A stretch of DNA of 47,107 nt, filler included, from Streblomastix strix (lineage: Eukaryota): the NCBI GenBank assembly GCA_008636045.1. It is 2 parts of 2 records of this genome, joined end to end, with 100 filler letters (N's around TTAATTAATTAA, not from the genome) between each part and the next. Parts side by side here need not be neighbours in the genome. Positions count along the whole stretch, not along the records: positions 1 to 23,507 come from SNRW01000277.1; positions 23,608 to 47,107 come from SNRW01000278.1. One strand, written 5' to 3'. Of this stretch, positions 13,005-26,859 are shown piece after piece; the first letter of the stretch is position 1, and each line of letters opens with the position of its first letter. The notes beneath the pieces were generated by a model. The model had not been told where the DNA came from. It worked only from the letters and a program-made list of their open reading frames with translations, and ran no database searches. A program made the position numbers and the translations under genes.

Positions 13005-15772
13005 TATCCTATAGCTTGCATCAATAATAGAATTCTCCAACTCTCCGACCCCTCCGCTCTAGGATATTCACATATATAATTAATATTCATGCACTTATGG
13101 AGCATATTATGGTTCAGGCTATGGCTCTTCTTCTTTAATTTCTTCCTTTTAAATGTTATATTTTGGTTATTTCTGACCCTTTATTTCTTGATTAAATTTC
13201 TCTACCTATTTAATTGAATTTAAATGTTATTACTTTATAAATGAATTTTCTGTTCTCAATCGTATCAGTTCTTCCAAATCAAGCTACAGGTTTGTATAAT
13301 TAATTTATGGGGTACTTGAACATTTAACTGTTCGCATTCTAGTTATTTTTTCAAAAGCTTTTTTGTTACTTCGCTTTAGCTCTACGAGCCTTCTGTTTCA
13401 TTGTCGTACTCCATTGCTTCCTCTTCTTCTTCAATAGGTTTTTATATCTTCTTTTTCTCAATACCCCCTCCTCTTGTTTTCAAAAGTAATTTATTTTATT
13501 GTGACTAAGTCAGTGCACTCGCCGATTTTTTCTTATCCTCATAAACTTTAATTTTGATCTTTCCTACTTACATAATATATCCATTGTCAAAGTATTCAAT
13601 TTATGTTTCATTCTCTATTAAATTTTTTAATGCATACACCTAATCCATTTTAATATTTTAGAAATAATAAATTGACAAAAAGAATAAAAAGAAATTAATT
13701 ACGCATGTCAAAAACAAAAAAATAAATGTTGTAAATTAATCAGCAAGAATTGAAAAACCAAGATTAAAATTATCTGCAATTAATCGTCGAAGCTATTAGT
13801 CGCATAAAATTAATGTCAGTTGAAGAATATACAACCGAAAGGTCGTTTGTATAGCCAGAAATGAATTAAACAGAGCATAGCCACAGAAAATATAACATAA
13901 ATAAATATAAAGAAGTAGAACGTAACATGGAGTAAGTTGAGCCAGAAGAAGCAATAGAAAAATTAGCCGAAGAATAACCAAGAAGCATTTATTTATCTCA
14001 TCCTAATTTATAAGTTTAAAAATTTGTGATTGACACAATTTGGCGTACAATTTCCAAACATTAGCGTGGCGATGACTTTATTTTCTCATCTGACAACTTC
14101 ATTTAATTTTATGCACCAATCACTCAGAATGATGAAGATGATGTTGAAATAGTTTTAGAAGAAGCAATAATTTAGCCTTATACATGCATACCAAAAAAGC
14201 TAAAGAAAAAGGATTTAATTAGAATACAGGATATTTGAATCAAAAACGTATCCATTAGAGTACTTGATAATATGCTATTCAATTCAATAGAAAAATTATA
14301 TAGGGTAAATTGTGATTTTTTCCAGCTCGGTGATACATCAGAGGCAGAAATTAAAGAAGAAGAGCCATAGCCTGAACCATAATATGCTCCATAAGTGCAT
14401 GAATATTAATTATATATGTGAATATCCTATAGCTTGCATCAATAATAGAATTCTCCAACTCTCCGACCCCTCCGCTCTAGGATATTCACATATATAATTA
14501 ATATTCATGCACTTATGGAGCATATTATGGTTCAGGCTATGGCTCTTCTTCTTTAATTTCTTCCTTTTAAATGTTATATTTTGGTTATTTCTGACCCTTT
14601 ATTTCTTGATTAAATTTCTCTACCTATTTAATTGAATTTAAATGTTATTACTTTATAAATGAATTTTCTGTTCTCAATCGTATCAGTTCTTCCAAATCAA
14701 GCTACAGGTTTGTATAATTAATTTATGGGGTACTTGAACATTTAACTGTTCGCATTCTAGTTATTTTTTCAAAAGCTTTTTTGTTACTTCGCTTTAGCTC
14801 TACGAGCCTTCTGTTTCATTGTCGTACTCCATTGCTTCCTCTTCTTCTTCAATAGGTTTTTATATCTTCTTTTTCTCAATACCCCCTCCTCTTGTTTTCA
14901 AAAGTAATTTATTTTATTGTGACTAAGTCAGTGCACTCGCCGATTTTTTCTTATCCTCATAAACTTTAATTTTGATCTTTCCTACTTACATAATATATCC
15001 ATTGTCAAAGTATTCAATTTATGTTTCATTCTCTATTAAATTTTTTAATGCATACACCTAATCCATTTTAATATTTTAGAAATAATAAATTGACAAAAAG
15101 AATAAAAAGAAATTAATTACGCATGTCAAAAACAAAAAAATAAATGTTGTAAATTAATCAGCAAGAATTGAAAAACCAAGATTAAAATTATCTGCAATTA
15201 ATCGTCGAAGCTATTAGTCGCATAAAATTAATGTCAGTTGAAGAATATACAACCGAAAGGTCGTTTGTATAGCCAGAAATGAATTAAACAGAGCATAGCC
15301 ACAGAAAATATAACATAAATAAATATAAAGAAGTAGAACGTAACATGGAGTAAGTTGAGCCAGAAGAAGCAATAGAAAAATTAGCCGAAGAATAACCAAG
15401 AAGCATTTATTTATCTCATCCTAATTTATAAGTTTAAAAATTTGTGATTGACACAATTTGGCGTACAATTTCCAAACATTAGCGTGGCGATGACTTTATT
15501 TTCTCATCTGACAACTTCATTTAATTTTATGCACCAATCACTCAGAATGATGAAGATGATGTTGAAATAGTTTTAGAAGAAGCAATAATTTAGCCTTATA
15601 CATGCATACCAAAAAAGCTAAAGAAAAAGGATTTAATTAGAATACAGGATATTTGAATCAAAAACGTATCCATTAGAGTACTTGATAATATGCTATTCAA
15701 TTCAATAGAAAAATTATATAGGGTAAATTGTGATTTTTTCCAGCTCGGTGATACATCAGAGGCAGAAATTAA
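13005..15772 (+). repeat. Apparently identical 1350-bp tandem duplication (13005-14354 / 14423-15772) with an inverted ~84-bp junction segment
   Basis: Identical ORFs at 13796 and 15214 (offset 1418). 14346-14429 is the reverse complement of 13060-13143, with microhomologies AGAAATTAA and TATCCTA at the switch points. Confidence 0.95.
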
Positions 15773-15859
15773 TGAAAAAGATTTTTGAGTCTCCCCTTAT
15801 TGAATTATCATCGGATTTCTTTTTTATTTTTATATAAATTGACACAGAAATATTTAGTG

Positions 15860-16850
15860 ATTTATAAAAAATTGATGAAGAGTATTTAATTAACTTGCAG
15901 AAATAGTTCCAATAATTGAAATAACAATAGGATGAATAAATGATTTAAATAAAGTAAAAGAATTAATTAATGGCAATCATTAATAATTAATCATTAAAGT
16001 GGTTCGTTTACCTGTCTTAATTTTTTAAAAAAGCTATTGAGTTCGTCAATCTAAAAACTAATCAAATAATTGATGGAATCGAAACATTCCTGTCACCAAT
16101 TTACGTAGATAAAATTTTTTAATCAAATGGAACAGACAATTAAATTCTACTGGCTAATGTTGAAACATCAGACTTAGATAAGTTCTTGCTAAAATGACGT
16201 CCCCATGCATATGGTGATTTTACTCTATAATCAACAACAGAAGTTGATGCTAAGTTAGTATGTATAAAATAAATAGAGGAATTAATAAAGATTTAGATAG
16301 TAATTTATATTTAAGCACTAACGTATATAACAGTATCATTATAGCTGATAGTCATCCTGTTCTTGTTCCTACGTTAGAATATAGCTGCTCATTAAATTCA
16401 AAATTTACTAATACAATAACTGGGTTTAGAACTGAATAACCGTTTTAGATGTAGAAAATGAGTGATATAAATAATATAAATAGATGCATATATAGATAAA
16501 GATTGTAGTTAATAAAAATTCAATGGCTAAGTTATTGTAGCATAAACTGCCAAAAGATGTTAATTTCATGTAGCTGATAATGTCGTCGGTTTGAGCTAAG
16601 ATTCATTAGTTTTACGTAGCAGCGGTATAGTTTATATTAACGAATATCTTCATTGGACATCATCTAGTGGTACGACTACTGATGCTATAATAATGTGAAC
16701 CATTGATGATGATTTTGTTCCTAAATTTGCAATAGGGTAATAAATATATAATATTTAACTATTTCATCAGCTAATATAAATTAATATCTGAATTGTATAA
16801 TAAATTAGCTTAGGTAAATTTTTATAAATTCTAATTCTCATATATCAGTA
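15860..16850 (+). pseudogene. Decayed fibre-like gene fragment of PLV type
   Basis: SNGTDNQILLANVET motif resembles the FIK/FKI-x-G-T...LxAxG motifs at ~20460, ~20600 and ~26700. Frameshifts and TGA present. Confidence 0.4.
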
Positions 16851-17121
16851 CTTGCGTCACTAAATGTTGAAACTAATCGTATATATTTTATTAATTTCCG
16901 TACAAATTGAAATTTTTAAAAATAAATAAATAGAATGCTTTAATAAAGCTATAATTTATGCTCTCGATTAATTGAACATAAATTGGCAAGTTATAATTAA
17001 GACCATTTGGGAAGCAACAATTTAATATATTTGTAAAAGTAAGATATGACTTTGAATTCATTGATGAAAATGCACTATAAAAAAATTTATTTTTGCCATC
17101 GATGTAAGTCCATTAATGAAA

Positions 17122-19069
17122 TCATCCTCTACGGATCGTTGATCACCCCATCTCATCAATCACCTCCAAACTAAGAACTTATGGGTCAGGATTATCATCA
17201 AACATTACACGAACTATGGCGTTTCATAGATAATAGGTAATTTGTGCCAGATCAACCTATACAGGGTCAAGATGTGAACGCATTCTATTAAAATGTTTAA
17301 AATTATTTTAGATTTTTTTATCAAATACATATAAAATTTTAATAATTTCTCTAACTAAGTTTCTATGTAGAATAACCTATATATTTGTTCTTGCACTTAT
17401 TTTTGATGAATTATACCCCTGCATAAATGAATCATCTGTTGCTAACTTCCAATCAAGCATATATCTATTTAGATATAATGCTTTAGTTTCTTTAGTCCAT
17501 TTATATAAAGTAGTAGGATAAAATGTATTGTCATTTTTAGAACAATCTACATAGACAAGCTAATAAAAGGATGTTTAATCATTTATATCGGCATTCTCGA
17601 AGGTAAGCGAATGGAATAAATCAGAGAGGGCACCAACAACATCCTAATCAACAAAACAATTAAACATCTATCCATTTGCGACTAAAATCAGTGCTTCGTA
17701 TGGTGCTGGTATAACATGCTGTTAATCAATAACTAAATTAAAGTTGTGAAATAGATCAAGGAAAAACCATATCGGATATTGTGGCATGGCAAACGTCAAT
17801 AACGTAGCTTTGATGTTTGAGACTGGCATAATACTTTAAAGACTACTGCTATTAATACCAAAATTATTAAATAGAAAGTTGGAAAATTATGGCATTAATA
17901 TTTATATGGGGAAATTAATTATTATTTAACATTTTATTTGTTAAATTATTGCTTCTTCATTTACGATAATGATGTATACATTATATATATCTAATTTTGT
18001 GAATGATGCATCTCCAAATTAACTAATTGTGTACTATAGGTTCTTAACATTATTGAGGCTACCATCCATATTGACTACTCTAATACTAATTTACCCATAA
18101 CTATAAACGGTGCCAGCTGGTTAATTTTATAAATATATTACATCTGGTTTTTCAGGTGATATTATTTTATAAGCTAAATATTAATTTGATACAGTGTTGG
18201 TTATATTTAGCCATATAACTTTTAAATCTTGGAAGAAATCTTACGTCCAAAGCTATTAATATAATGATGCAAAATTTCTTGTCGTTACAGGAAAATAATT
18301 AATTATTTCGTTCAATTAATTTAAATCAAGAACGCTACTAAAAACAATATCATTAGATATTCGATAATAATTTGCGGTTGTAGTAGCGGCAGTATTAATT
18401 GCTATTAATGGTACATCCATAAATACTACATAATGGCGATTTCTTGTTATAATACTTTCTAGAGATGAAACACTGACAGAGTTATTAGTGCATAAATCAC
18501 TTAATAAATTCGCTGATATAACTGCCTATTCTCTTGCATAAATTGATGTATCCCATAACTTCATGCTATCTTTGCATATAGTAAATTAATTGAAAAACCC
18601 ATAAGCAGTTGAAAATCCTAACCAAAAACGTAATAAATCTGTTGGGATATATAACTATTCACCTTAAACAATAGGTACATCTTATTCATCAGTGATGTCA
18701 TCTTTTTCGTTAAAATTAACTGCTGTAGCTGCAGTTTCTTAAGTTGTAACGACTGTACCCGATAGTCTATTCAATTATATTGCCAATGTGTTTGCAGGTA
18801 TTTTTATAGTCCAAATTACCTAGCAAGTTTAAACCATAGAACAAGTAGCCTAACCTCTTGTTGCAAGGCGAGCACGAGTATATTTAACACTGCCTGAAGT
18901 TAATTGAGTAAGGGGCTGGTCAAAAAATTTCTTATTTTGATGTGGTGAAAGATTATGGGTGAATGCTCATGGTTTTCAATACCTCTCCCATAGCCATATA
19001 GCCACTAATTTAGTCCGAGTGTTGCATTTTCGCTAATCTATTTAAATATTCTGATGCGTATAATGACAT
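17122..19069 (-). pseudogene. Probable major capsid protein of a Polinton-like virus (~640 aa; 3' frameshift)
   Basis: Intronless long ORF MSLYASEYLNRL...NIKATLLTFAMPQYP...NFNLVIDQQHVIPAPY...RYMLDWKLATDDSFMQGYNSSK...DDNPDPQVLSLEVI. Motif order parallels the 30500-31383 protein, and size and context fit a double jelly-roll MCP. The assignment is from recall and context only. Confidence 0.6.
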
Positions 19070-19138
19070 TTTAAATAAATAAAAATAAATTCTACCAATG
19101 AATGGTTAGAAGCTTTTTATTATATATTTTTAAAGTAT

Positions 19139-19348
19139 ATGGGTTTCTTCAATAAAACAGCAAATTTTGAGTCGCAATTTTTTTGGGGCGTAAAATACGC
19201 TGCATAATGGATTACACCAACTCCTCATAAGGTATTAAGTTCGATAGCAGTTCCAGTAGGAATGATCCATCCTGGAATTGATGGCGCACTTGGTGCTGGG
19301 GCTGGTCTTGCTGGAGCAGTGGATAGATTAATCAATAAAAGAGTATGA
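19139..19348 (+). CDS. 69-aa MG-initial amphipathic, Gly/Ala-rich protein (candidate virion membrane-penetration protein)
   Basis: MGFFNKTANFESQFFWGVKYAAQWITPTPHKVLSSIAVPVGMIHPGIDGALGAGAGLAGAVDRLINKRV*. Divergent from the MCP gene, and its stop overlaps the next ATG (ATGA). Confidence 0.7.
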
Positions 19349-21360
19349 CAATAAATCATTTGAGACACAATTAATTTGTTTATGCAGAACTAAAATGAAA
19401 AGAAATAATCCTTTGTCATAATAATAAATTAGAATCGTTAGACAATTAATAACTAATGATGTAGCATATTATATCCAATACTCGAAACGTGTGGGAAATT
19501 CAGCTGGTGGGTAATTAAAAAATGAAGATTATTAATTATTTATAGATAACGATAATGTATTAATTTATGCGGCAAATAATTAAATTATTGATGGTTAAGC
19601 ATCTGATTTTACATTAAAGATTGAACCAAATGGATTACTTACTATGAAGAATTTAATGGTTTTAAATTGTAGTTTCGTAGCATAAATTAGCCAGTTAATA
19701 ATTGAGGTAAATTAGTTATAATCAGAGGTAGGGTCGATTGATAGTGATATAATTGGTGTAAAAAGTGATATAATAACTATTCAATAAAATCTTGCTCGAT
19801 AATAACATTTTAATAGATATTATCTATTGAACGCAGATATTTAAAATGAGCTAAATTCCCTTAATGCTGATTTTGCTTTTAGTGAGGAGAGTGGAACCAT
19901 TTGGATGAACGGGGCTAATGGAACCATTAACGGAGATGTTAATGGGCCAGATTGCGAAGACGCATCAGAGTCAGAGGATAATGGAATTATAAACGGAAAT
20001 TGGTATAATAGTGGTGATATTGTGCTTGATTAAGTTTCCTCCGCCAGTGATTCTGTGCCGCTGATTGATAGTAGTTCAGGTGTTGGTATTCGTACTGAAT
20101 ACACTCATTGTGATTATTTGCATCCACTTAGTGTAATCACTGAAATACTAAGAGGAGATATTAATTTAGGGGATATTGGAACATCAACTACATATTCTAG
20201 AGCCGACCACTATCATCAATTGAATGCTGACCCAATTGTAGCAAATAAACCAGTTAATGATTCTGAATCAAGAGCCATAGATAATTATATTTATTAAGCT
20301 AGGTCAAATCATGCTCATACCCATAATGTTGATCCAATTGTAGTAAATGAACCACTGGTAAACGCTACTGCTGCGCCTAATGATATGAGTGATTATTATT
20401 GTAGAAACGATCATGTTCATCTCTAGTAATTAACGTATGATGAGAACATTATTGCGACTAAATTTATTAAACCTGTTAGAAGAGCTAATTTAATATTAAG
20501 CGCAAATGGTGAAGTAGCAACGGTTTTAGTTACAAAAAACAACAGACTAAACAATTACATGCTCGAAAACATTTAATTCATCTGTATTTGCATATTAGTT
20601 TAAAATACCTAATGGAACAAGTTATGTAATGCTAATTGCAGACGAATCAACGAAACCATTAACATTAGCGTAAAACGAATTTTATATCGCTGGGTCTACA
20701 TTATATATTAAATTATGTACATTTAGTGCATATTCAACTCCATATGATTTTTTAGTCGAATTTGCATGAAATTGTCGAACAGGATTTGGACTAATATAGT
20801 TTAATTAGAGTTATACAAGTGATAGATTAGGAACATTTCAATATAGACTTTAACCTAATATGGATTATGGAATGGATGTGTGCTATGCAATTTATTTTGA
20901 TACGAATTCCTATAGATATGGTGAATTATAGTCACGAGTATTATTGTGGACGAACAAATTAATCTTCCAATAAACAAATTAAAATATTGAAACAGACCCA
21001 TTAACTGACGTTCTTAATAGTAAAATATAACTTTCACTTCCAACGGGAGTAAGTAGTAGCACAGCATTATTCTCGAATTCATTTAATTCAGTAATACACA
21101 TAAATAGTAGTTTGAACGATAATAGAGTAGGTTTAAGAATTATAAGAAAAGTAAATGGATCAGGAAATTATTTAGATGCAAATCCAGCAATAGATGGGGG
21201 AACAACTGCAAACTAATGGAATATTATTACTTTACCAGCTAATTCAGCATAAAATCTATTAGGTTTTACAATTTGTTTGGGTCCGAAGCAACTACAGATA
21301 ATAGAGGATTATGAATAAGTGAAGATGGAAATACATTAACATTTAATGGCTGAATGCTTC
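19345..21360 (+). pseudogene. Phage-tail-fibre-like protein (fibre/spike) with in-frame TGAs and frameshifts
   Basis: Coiled-coil segment, then repeats EYTHCDYLHP, GTSTTYSRADHYHQ, ARSNHAHT and YCRNDHVHL (HxH fibre repeats), then ATKFIKP...ILSANG, and C-terminal RGL*ISEDGNTLTFNG. Confidence 0.65.
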
Positions 21361-23507
21361 GAAATTACATTTTAATTTTATATAAAATGAAAAGGTCAAT
21401 TAAATAATTGCAGTCTCCGACCGAGGCTATAAAATAACTTTTTAATGAACTGGTTAAATGTCACAATGAAAACGAAGATACAAGTAGGGTAGCCATTGAC
21501 GCCCTATAAAATATGCTGTCCAAAGGTAGTAATGAGCCCCAGCATCCATTTTTGAAAGAATTACAGAGGATAAATAAATAATTTCTAAATTTATATAATA
21601 AATTTTAAAGTATAAAATAAAACGTCGATGAAGAAGATCATAAAAATAAACTATTTAATGAATAGGAGAAATATTTCAAAAATAAATATTATTAAATATT
21701 AAGACAATTGGACATAAATAATTAGCCTCTGTTAATCAAAAAATATTTAATCTCCGAAGCTAATGATATAGAAAAATAAATATATATTGACTTTATAAGT
21801 AATGCATAGAATAGTAGCTTAGTCAATTATTATTCTCTTTAGTATTTAAATTAATTAGTAAATTTAAGAAATATAAATTGTTAATGATTTCTATTGTTTT
21901 ATCCGATAATGATTCAATGAATGAATAATGCTATTTAAATTATTCGAATAATTACTTTTCTTCATCGGTTAAAATAAATTGGTCAATTAATGCTTCATAT
22001 ATTTTATATTTCTCATAATCTGTTGTATTATATTACAGACGATTTTTGTTGCTAACTAATATATTTACTCCATTTTAAGTTAAAATAAAAATAAATATTT
22101 TTCTCATTGGCCATATTACTTTTCTTCTGTTCTGGTTTCGTTGATATACCCGTTGATGGCTACTTTGATTGTTCCGTTTATGATCTTCTTTTTATGATAT
22201 GATTATATGATTTATTTTATGCTTATTTTCTATTCACTATTATTTGTATCATTAACGAATATTTATTTCTTATTATATTTACCATACTACTTTAACTTCC
22301 TATAATAAGTGTAATCGCTGTTCTTGGCTTTGGTTAATTGATTAAATTACAAGTTCTATATGCGCAGTTCATTAAATTAAATGCCATTGATTTATTCAAT
22401 TAATTACTCGTCCTTCTTAACTTGGTTTGGGCTGAGATAAAATTCAAGGTTTTCAAATTGTCTCTCCATTTCATATCAGATAAAAAAATATTTAAATCAA
22501 ACTTATTATTAATCTGAGAAATTATGTAATTTTAAATATAAAATTTAACACTAGTGATACGCTAATTCCAAATCTTTTTATCTATAGCTTCGTTCAAAAA
22601 TGCCTCAATTTATTATTCCGTTAGCTCGGACCAATAAAATAAGCTGTTGGTTTTCTTCTTCATTTTCCTTCTATAAAAAAAATTATATTATGTAGATACC
22701 TATATTTAATGGTACCAATACTATATCCAAGTATCCTCATAATTAGTAGATTAAATTTACTGTTTCCGTTAATTTATCTGGTAATGATATAGATAGTATA
22801 GATACACTCAAGATAATTAATTATCATGCATAAGAAAAAATTCTATAATTAATTATTCATGTAATATTCATTTAAAGTTATAATATTAATATACATACAT
22901 ACTCAAGACATAATACATATATAATAATCAGATCTCGTATATAAATAATTATTGAATAATCTAATATTCAATTTTAATAAGTTGACCATTTATTGAAACA
23001 AATTATAAGGGACAAGAAAAAATATTTTTTAAAAAAATTGATCCAATTCAATAAATTGTTATATATATAAATGTTGATGTAATGATAAACGCATAAAATT
23101 GATTTGATTTTCAAATTGATTGTTTCAACAAAATTTTTTAAATACAAATAATTCTATTAAAATACTAAGAAAAAGTACTATTTTTATAAAATTTAAATAA
23201 CTTCTAAATTTGTACAATAATAATTTTTAAGTTTATTTCAACATCATCTACAATGAATATTATATTAATTCAGAAAAATAAAATTCTTCTATTAGTAAAA
23301 TATATTTAATTAAAATTTTTTATTTGAAATTTTTTAATAAAATTTTTTTGATAAGAAAATTATAACATTTTTATAAAAATTATAATTTGAAAATTAAAGA
23401 TGATTGGTATTGTAAAAAATGCACATCACCTACTTAAATAGTATTATTTATCTTATTCGAAGATTAGTTCTCTATTCGCACAATAACTAAAAAAGTAAGC
23501 ATTTTTT

Positions 23508-23607
23508 NNNNNNNNNNNNNNNNNNNNNNNNNNNNNNNNNNNNNNNNNNNNTTAATTAATTAANNNNNNNNNNNNNNNNNNNNNNNNNNNNNNNNNNNNN
23601 NNNNNNN
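23508..23607. other. Artificial contig-joining linker
   Basis: 44 N + TTAATTAATTAA (six-frame stop spacer) + 44 N. Confidence 0.97.
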
Positions 23608-23625
23608 ATAATTAAGAATTCAGAG

Positions 23626-24036
23626 ACATTCAATTTTCATGTGAATTTCATTAGTTGAAACATCTTCTTTTCTCTTATGTTCGTTTGACTGATCAAGCTT
23701 CTCTAAATATATCTATCATGTTGTAATATTATTTAATGGTAATAAAATAGAATATAAATATAATTAATTAATATTCAGTATTCAAATTCAAACTTTTTTC
23801 TTATCTTCTCCCAAAGTATTCCATCTATTATACTTACTTATCCAAAAAATCGCTAAGGATTATAAAAAGTTTGAATTTGAATACTGAATATTAATTAATT
23901 ATATTTATATTCTATTTTATTACCATTAAATAATATTACAACATGATAGATATATTTAGAGAAGCTTGATCAGTCAAACGAACATAATAGAAAAGAAGAT
24001 GTTTCAACTAATGAAATTCACATGAAAATTGAATGT
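23626..24036. repeat. ~170-bp fold-back inverted repeat at the contig start (likely amplification chimera)
   Basis: 23626-23798 is the near-perfect reverse complement of 23864-24036. 23608-23630 duplicates 25321-25343. Confidence 0.85.
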
Positions 24037-24527
24037 TTATATTTATATAATAAAAATTATTCTTTTATTAGTAATAGAAAATAAATAGTTTTAATATTAA
24101 TAATAATATGTAATTTGAAACTAAATTATTTTTCTTTTTCTGTATTTATTTATATTATTATTTATTCAATATATCTCTTACAGAAACCGAATAATAATAT
24201 ATTGTTAATGGAAACAAAAGATTGAAATTGACTGTTGGAGAAGAAGATTAAAATTTTCACATCCTGACTAAACAAATAAAGTAAGTAGATGGATTAATCA
24301 ACTCTTCTACAATAGCATCAACTGATTAAAGCTTATTTAGTAGCTAAACTGGAGGATTGATTAAAAATCATGGTTTAGAAAGTTAATATATTTTTTGAAT
24401 ATTATTTTAATTATATAACTAAATTTTTATTATTATTATTTATTTTCATTAATTAATTAATTATTTATTTATTTTCTTTTATTCATCATCGACTTTAAAT
24501 TAATAATTGTATCAATTGCATTAAATA

Positions 24528-26063
24528 ATGAAAGATATTCATTCCATTATTGAATCAGAAACAATCAATGATAAAAAGAATGAAAATAAAATAAGAGAAA
24601 TATATAATGAATTGAAAAAGAAAGACAAAGATGAATTAAGAAAGATATTTAACATTGATGCATTCAAATAAATATTAAGTTATATTAATGATTATAGAAC
24701 TGGAACAGAGAAGATATTATTGGATATAATTGAACTAGTTGCAGAACATGGAATATAGATGTATGATAATCCACCTGATCCTATATTCAATAAAATTCAG
24801 AACTCTGGTCTCCGTAATAAGATTGAATTGATGATAAAAGATAAAATTGAGGAAGAAAAAGAATAAAAGAAATATTCAGATGAAACTGAATAATTAATAA
24901 GAATACAAATTCAAATTATGAAAGGAAGATAATCTGGCTAATAAATGATTGATATTTTGATTAAAGTTATAGAAAAGAATATAAATAATTTATTAAACAC
25001 AATCAATAAATTAAAAGATGAAGATAATAAATAAAATAAGAATGAAATAAACAATGAATTAATGGAAAGAGAAATAAAATAATCCGCACAATTATTAAAA
25101 ATAATCCCATTAATTAGAGAGAAAGAACCAAATAGTTAATACAATTTTTCAAGAATTCCAGAACAGATTATTAAGATTATGAAAGAAAGAATATGTCCAC
25201 TTATTCATCTAAATTGTCCAACTAATATAAATTGTTAATAATGTATCAATGTTCCACAATCTTCTGCTATAATAGAATTGAAGTCTGCAGTATTATAATC
25301 TCTTTCTGGTGTTTCAAAGAATAATTAAGAATTCAGAGACATTCTAGTGAAAGACAATAATATTATTCCCCATCTTACTCATCCTCTTATTTTATTTGCA
25401 TCCTAATCTCAATTCAAAAAGGAAATTGACTCATAGGAATAGAACAATTATTAATAATCAGAATCAACCTCTTCTCTTTCACTTATCACATCTTCTACTA
25501 ATCTCCTTTCAGATCTAATCTGGTATAATAATTATATATTATGTACAGAAATTATTAATACACCAAAAGCCCTCCATTCACTTTGCATGCTTACTTGTTA
25601 CAAGATCAATATTCACTTCAGTTAAGAGAACGATCAAACGGCATTAGAAGTTAGACATAGCAGTAGATAATGTCTGTAGTATATTCAAATGTTAGGTGAT
25701 GCATCTGTTTATACTGAACTTACTAATGTTGGATATGTTGGAGTGCTAGTTATTGCTATTAGTACAGCAAGTGGATCTGGTGAAGAAGAAAATTATGAGA
25801 TCAGAGATGGATTGGGTCACATATCCAGTTTCCTCGGATATCTTCATCAAGGGAGATATAATAGTGCAACATTCCCACCTCAACCTCTTCTTGCTCTGAG
25901 AGCACATGAGCAACTTGAGGAAGAAGGTGGGAATGAAGAAATAGATTCATAATTAATAAATGAAGGATTAGATAGTAATATCAAGAATAGTGCAAGCAGA
26001 ACCAATGGATGGATATTAAACCACTTCATAGAATAGGGCAATCTAAAACCAGATTAGTAATGA
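24528..26063 (+). CDS. 511-aa host hypothetical helical protein, probably from a large multicopy family
   Basis: Single frame with TAR=Gln from ATG 24528 to TGA 26061. Ends ...FPPQPLLALRAHEQLEEEGGNEEIDSQLINEG...; I recall this EQxEEEGxNEEI motif from Streblomastix hypothetical proteins (unverified). Confidence 0.8.
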
Positions 26064-26509
26064 TGAGTTTGTTTTGTTTTTTATTTATGATAAAGTTATA
26101 CATTTCATACTTAATAGTACAATCAGTTTTTTTATTATCTTAATATTTTAAATAAAACCAATAATAAATATTTTTTCGACAATATTTAATTTTGGCTTAA
26201 AAAAGTTAGAACAAAACACGACATATAATTGTTATTATTCTGTTTATTTTCTCATTAAACACATACTTTATCATAACTTAAAATAGATCTAATTAGATAA
26301 AATTAAATGATGATAAAACAACAAATCATATCTTTAAATATGTAAAAATTTTAAAATAAGTAAAAAATTCTTACTTGAATGTATTGAAATAGTTGAAAAA
26401 GAAGAACTTGAAGTTGATTTTATAGTTGGGGATGGGGTGCAGCATTACAATCGGAAATTTAATCAAAAGTAGAGGAGAAATTATACAGTTTTCATATTAA
26501 ATCTAACCT

Positions 26510-26810
26510 TAAATCAGCAACTTATACAAAAACAGAAACTGAGTAACATATATCAAAAATTGATGTTGGTGATGTTGATTTAATTGGATGTATGACCTTA
26601 GGTACTGTGTAGACAATAAATGTAAATAAAACGCTTAATAATAGTTGTAGATTAGTAAGTTCTATCGATGGAATGTCGTCAGTAACGGGATCTTCTTTTA
26701 TTAAATTTGGTTCCGATAATACTGTTGTATTACTAGAAGCTGGTGGTACTAAACAAATATCTGAATTCGGAGGTGGAAGTGTCGATGATTCTAACTATGT
26801 GAAGAAAAAT
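26510..26810 (+). pseudogene. Fibre-like gene fragment
   Basis: TYTKTETE...GTVQTINVNKTLN...VTGSSFIKFGSDNTVVLLEAGGTKQISEFGGGSVDDSNYVKK, resembling phage fibre-shaft motifs. Confidence 0.55.
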
Positions 26811-26859
26811 AAGCTTGCGATCAAGTTGTATAACACAAAATTGATAAATATTTATAGGA

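Noticed and set aside
23508..23607. TTAATTAATTAA palindrome in an N-run
   Set aside because: Synthetic concatenation spacer, so no synteny can be inferred across it.
23608..24036. Large hairpin as a viral telomere or structured RNA
   Set aside because: It sits at a contig edge and is fused to a 23-bp copy of 25321-25343, which is typical of an amplification chimera.
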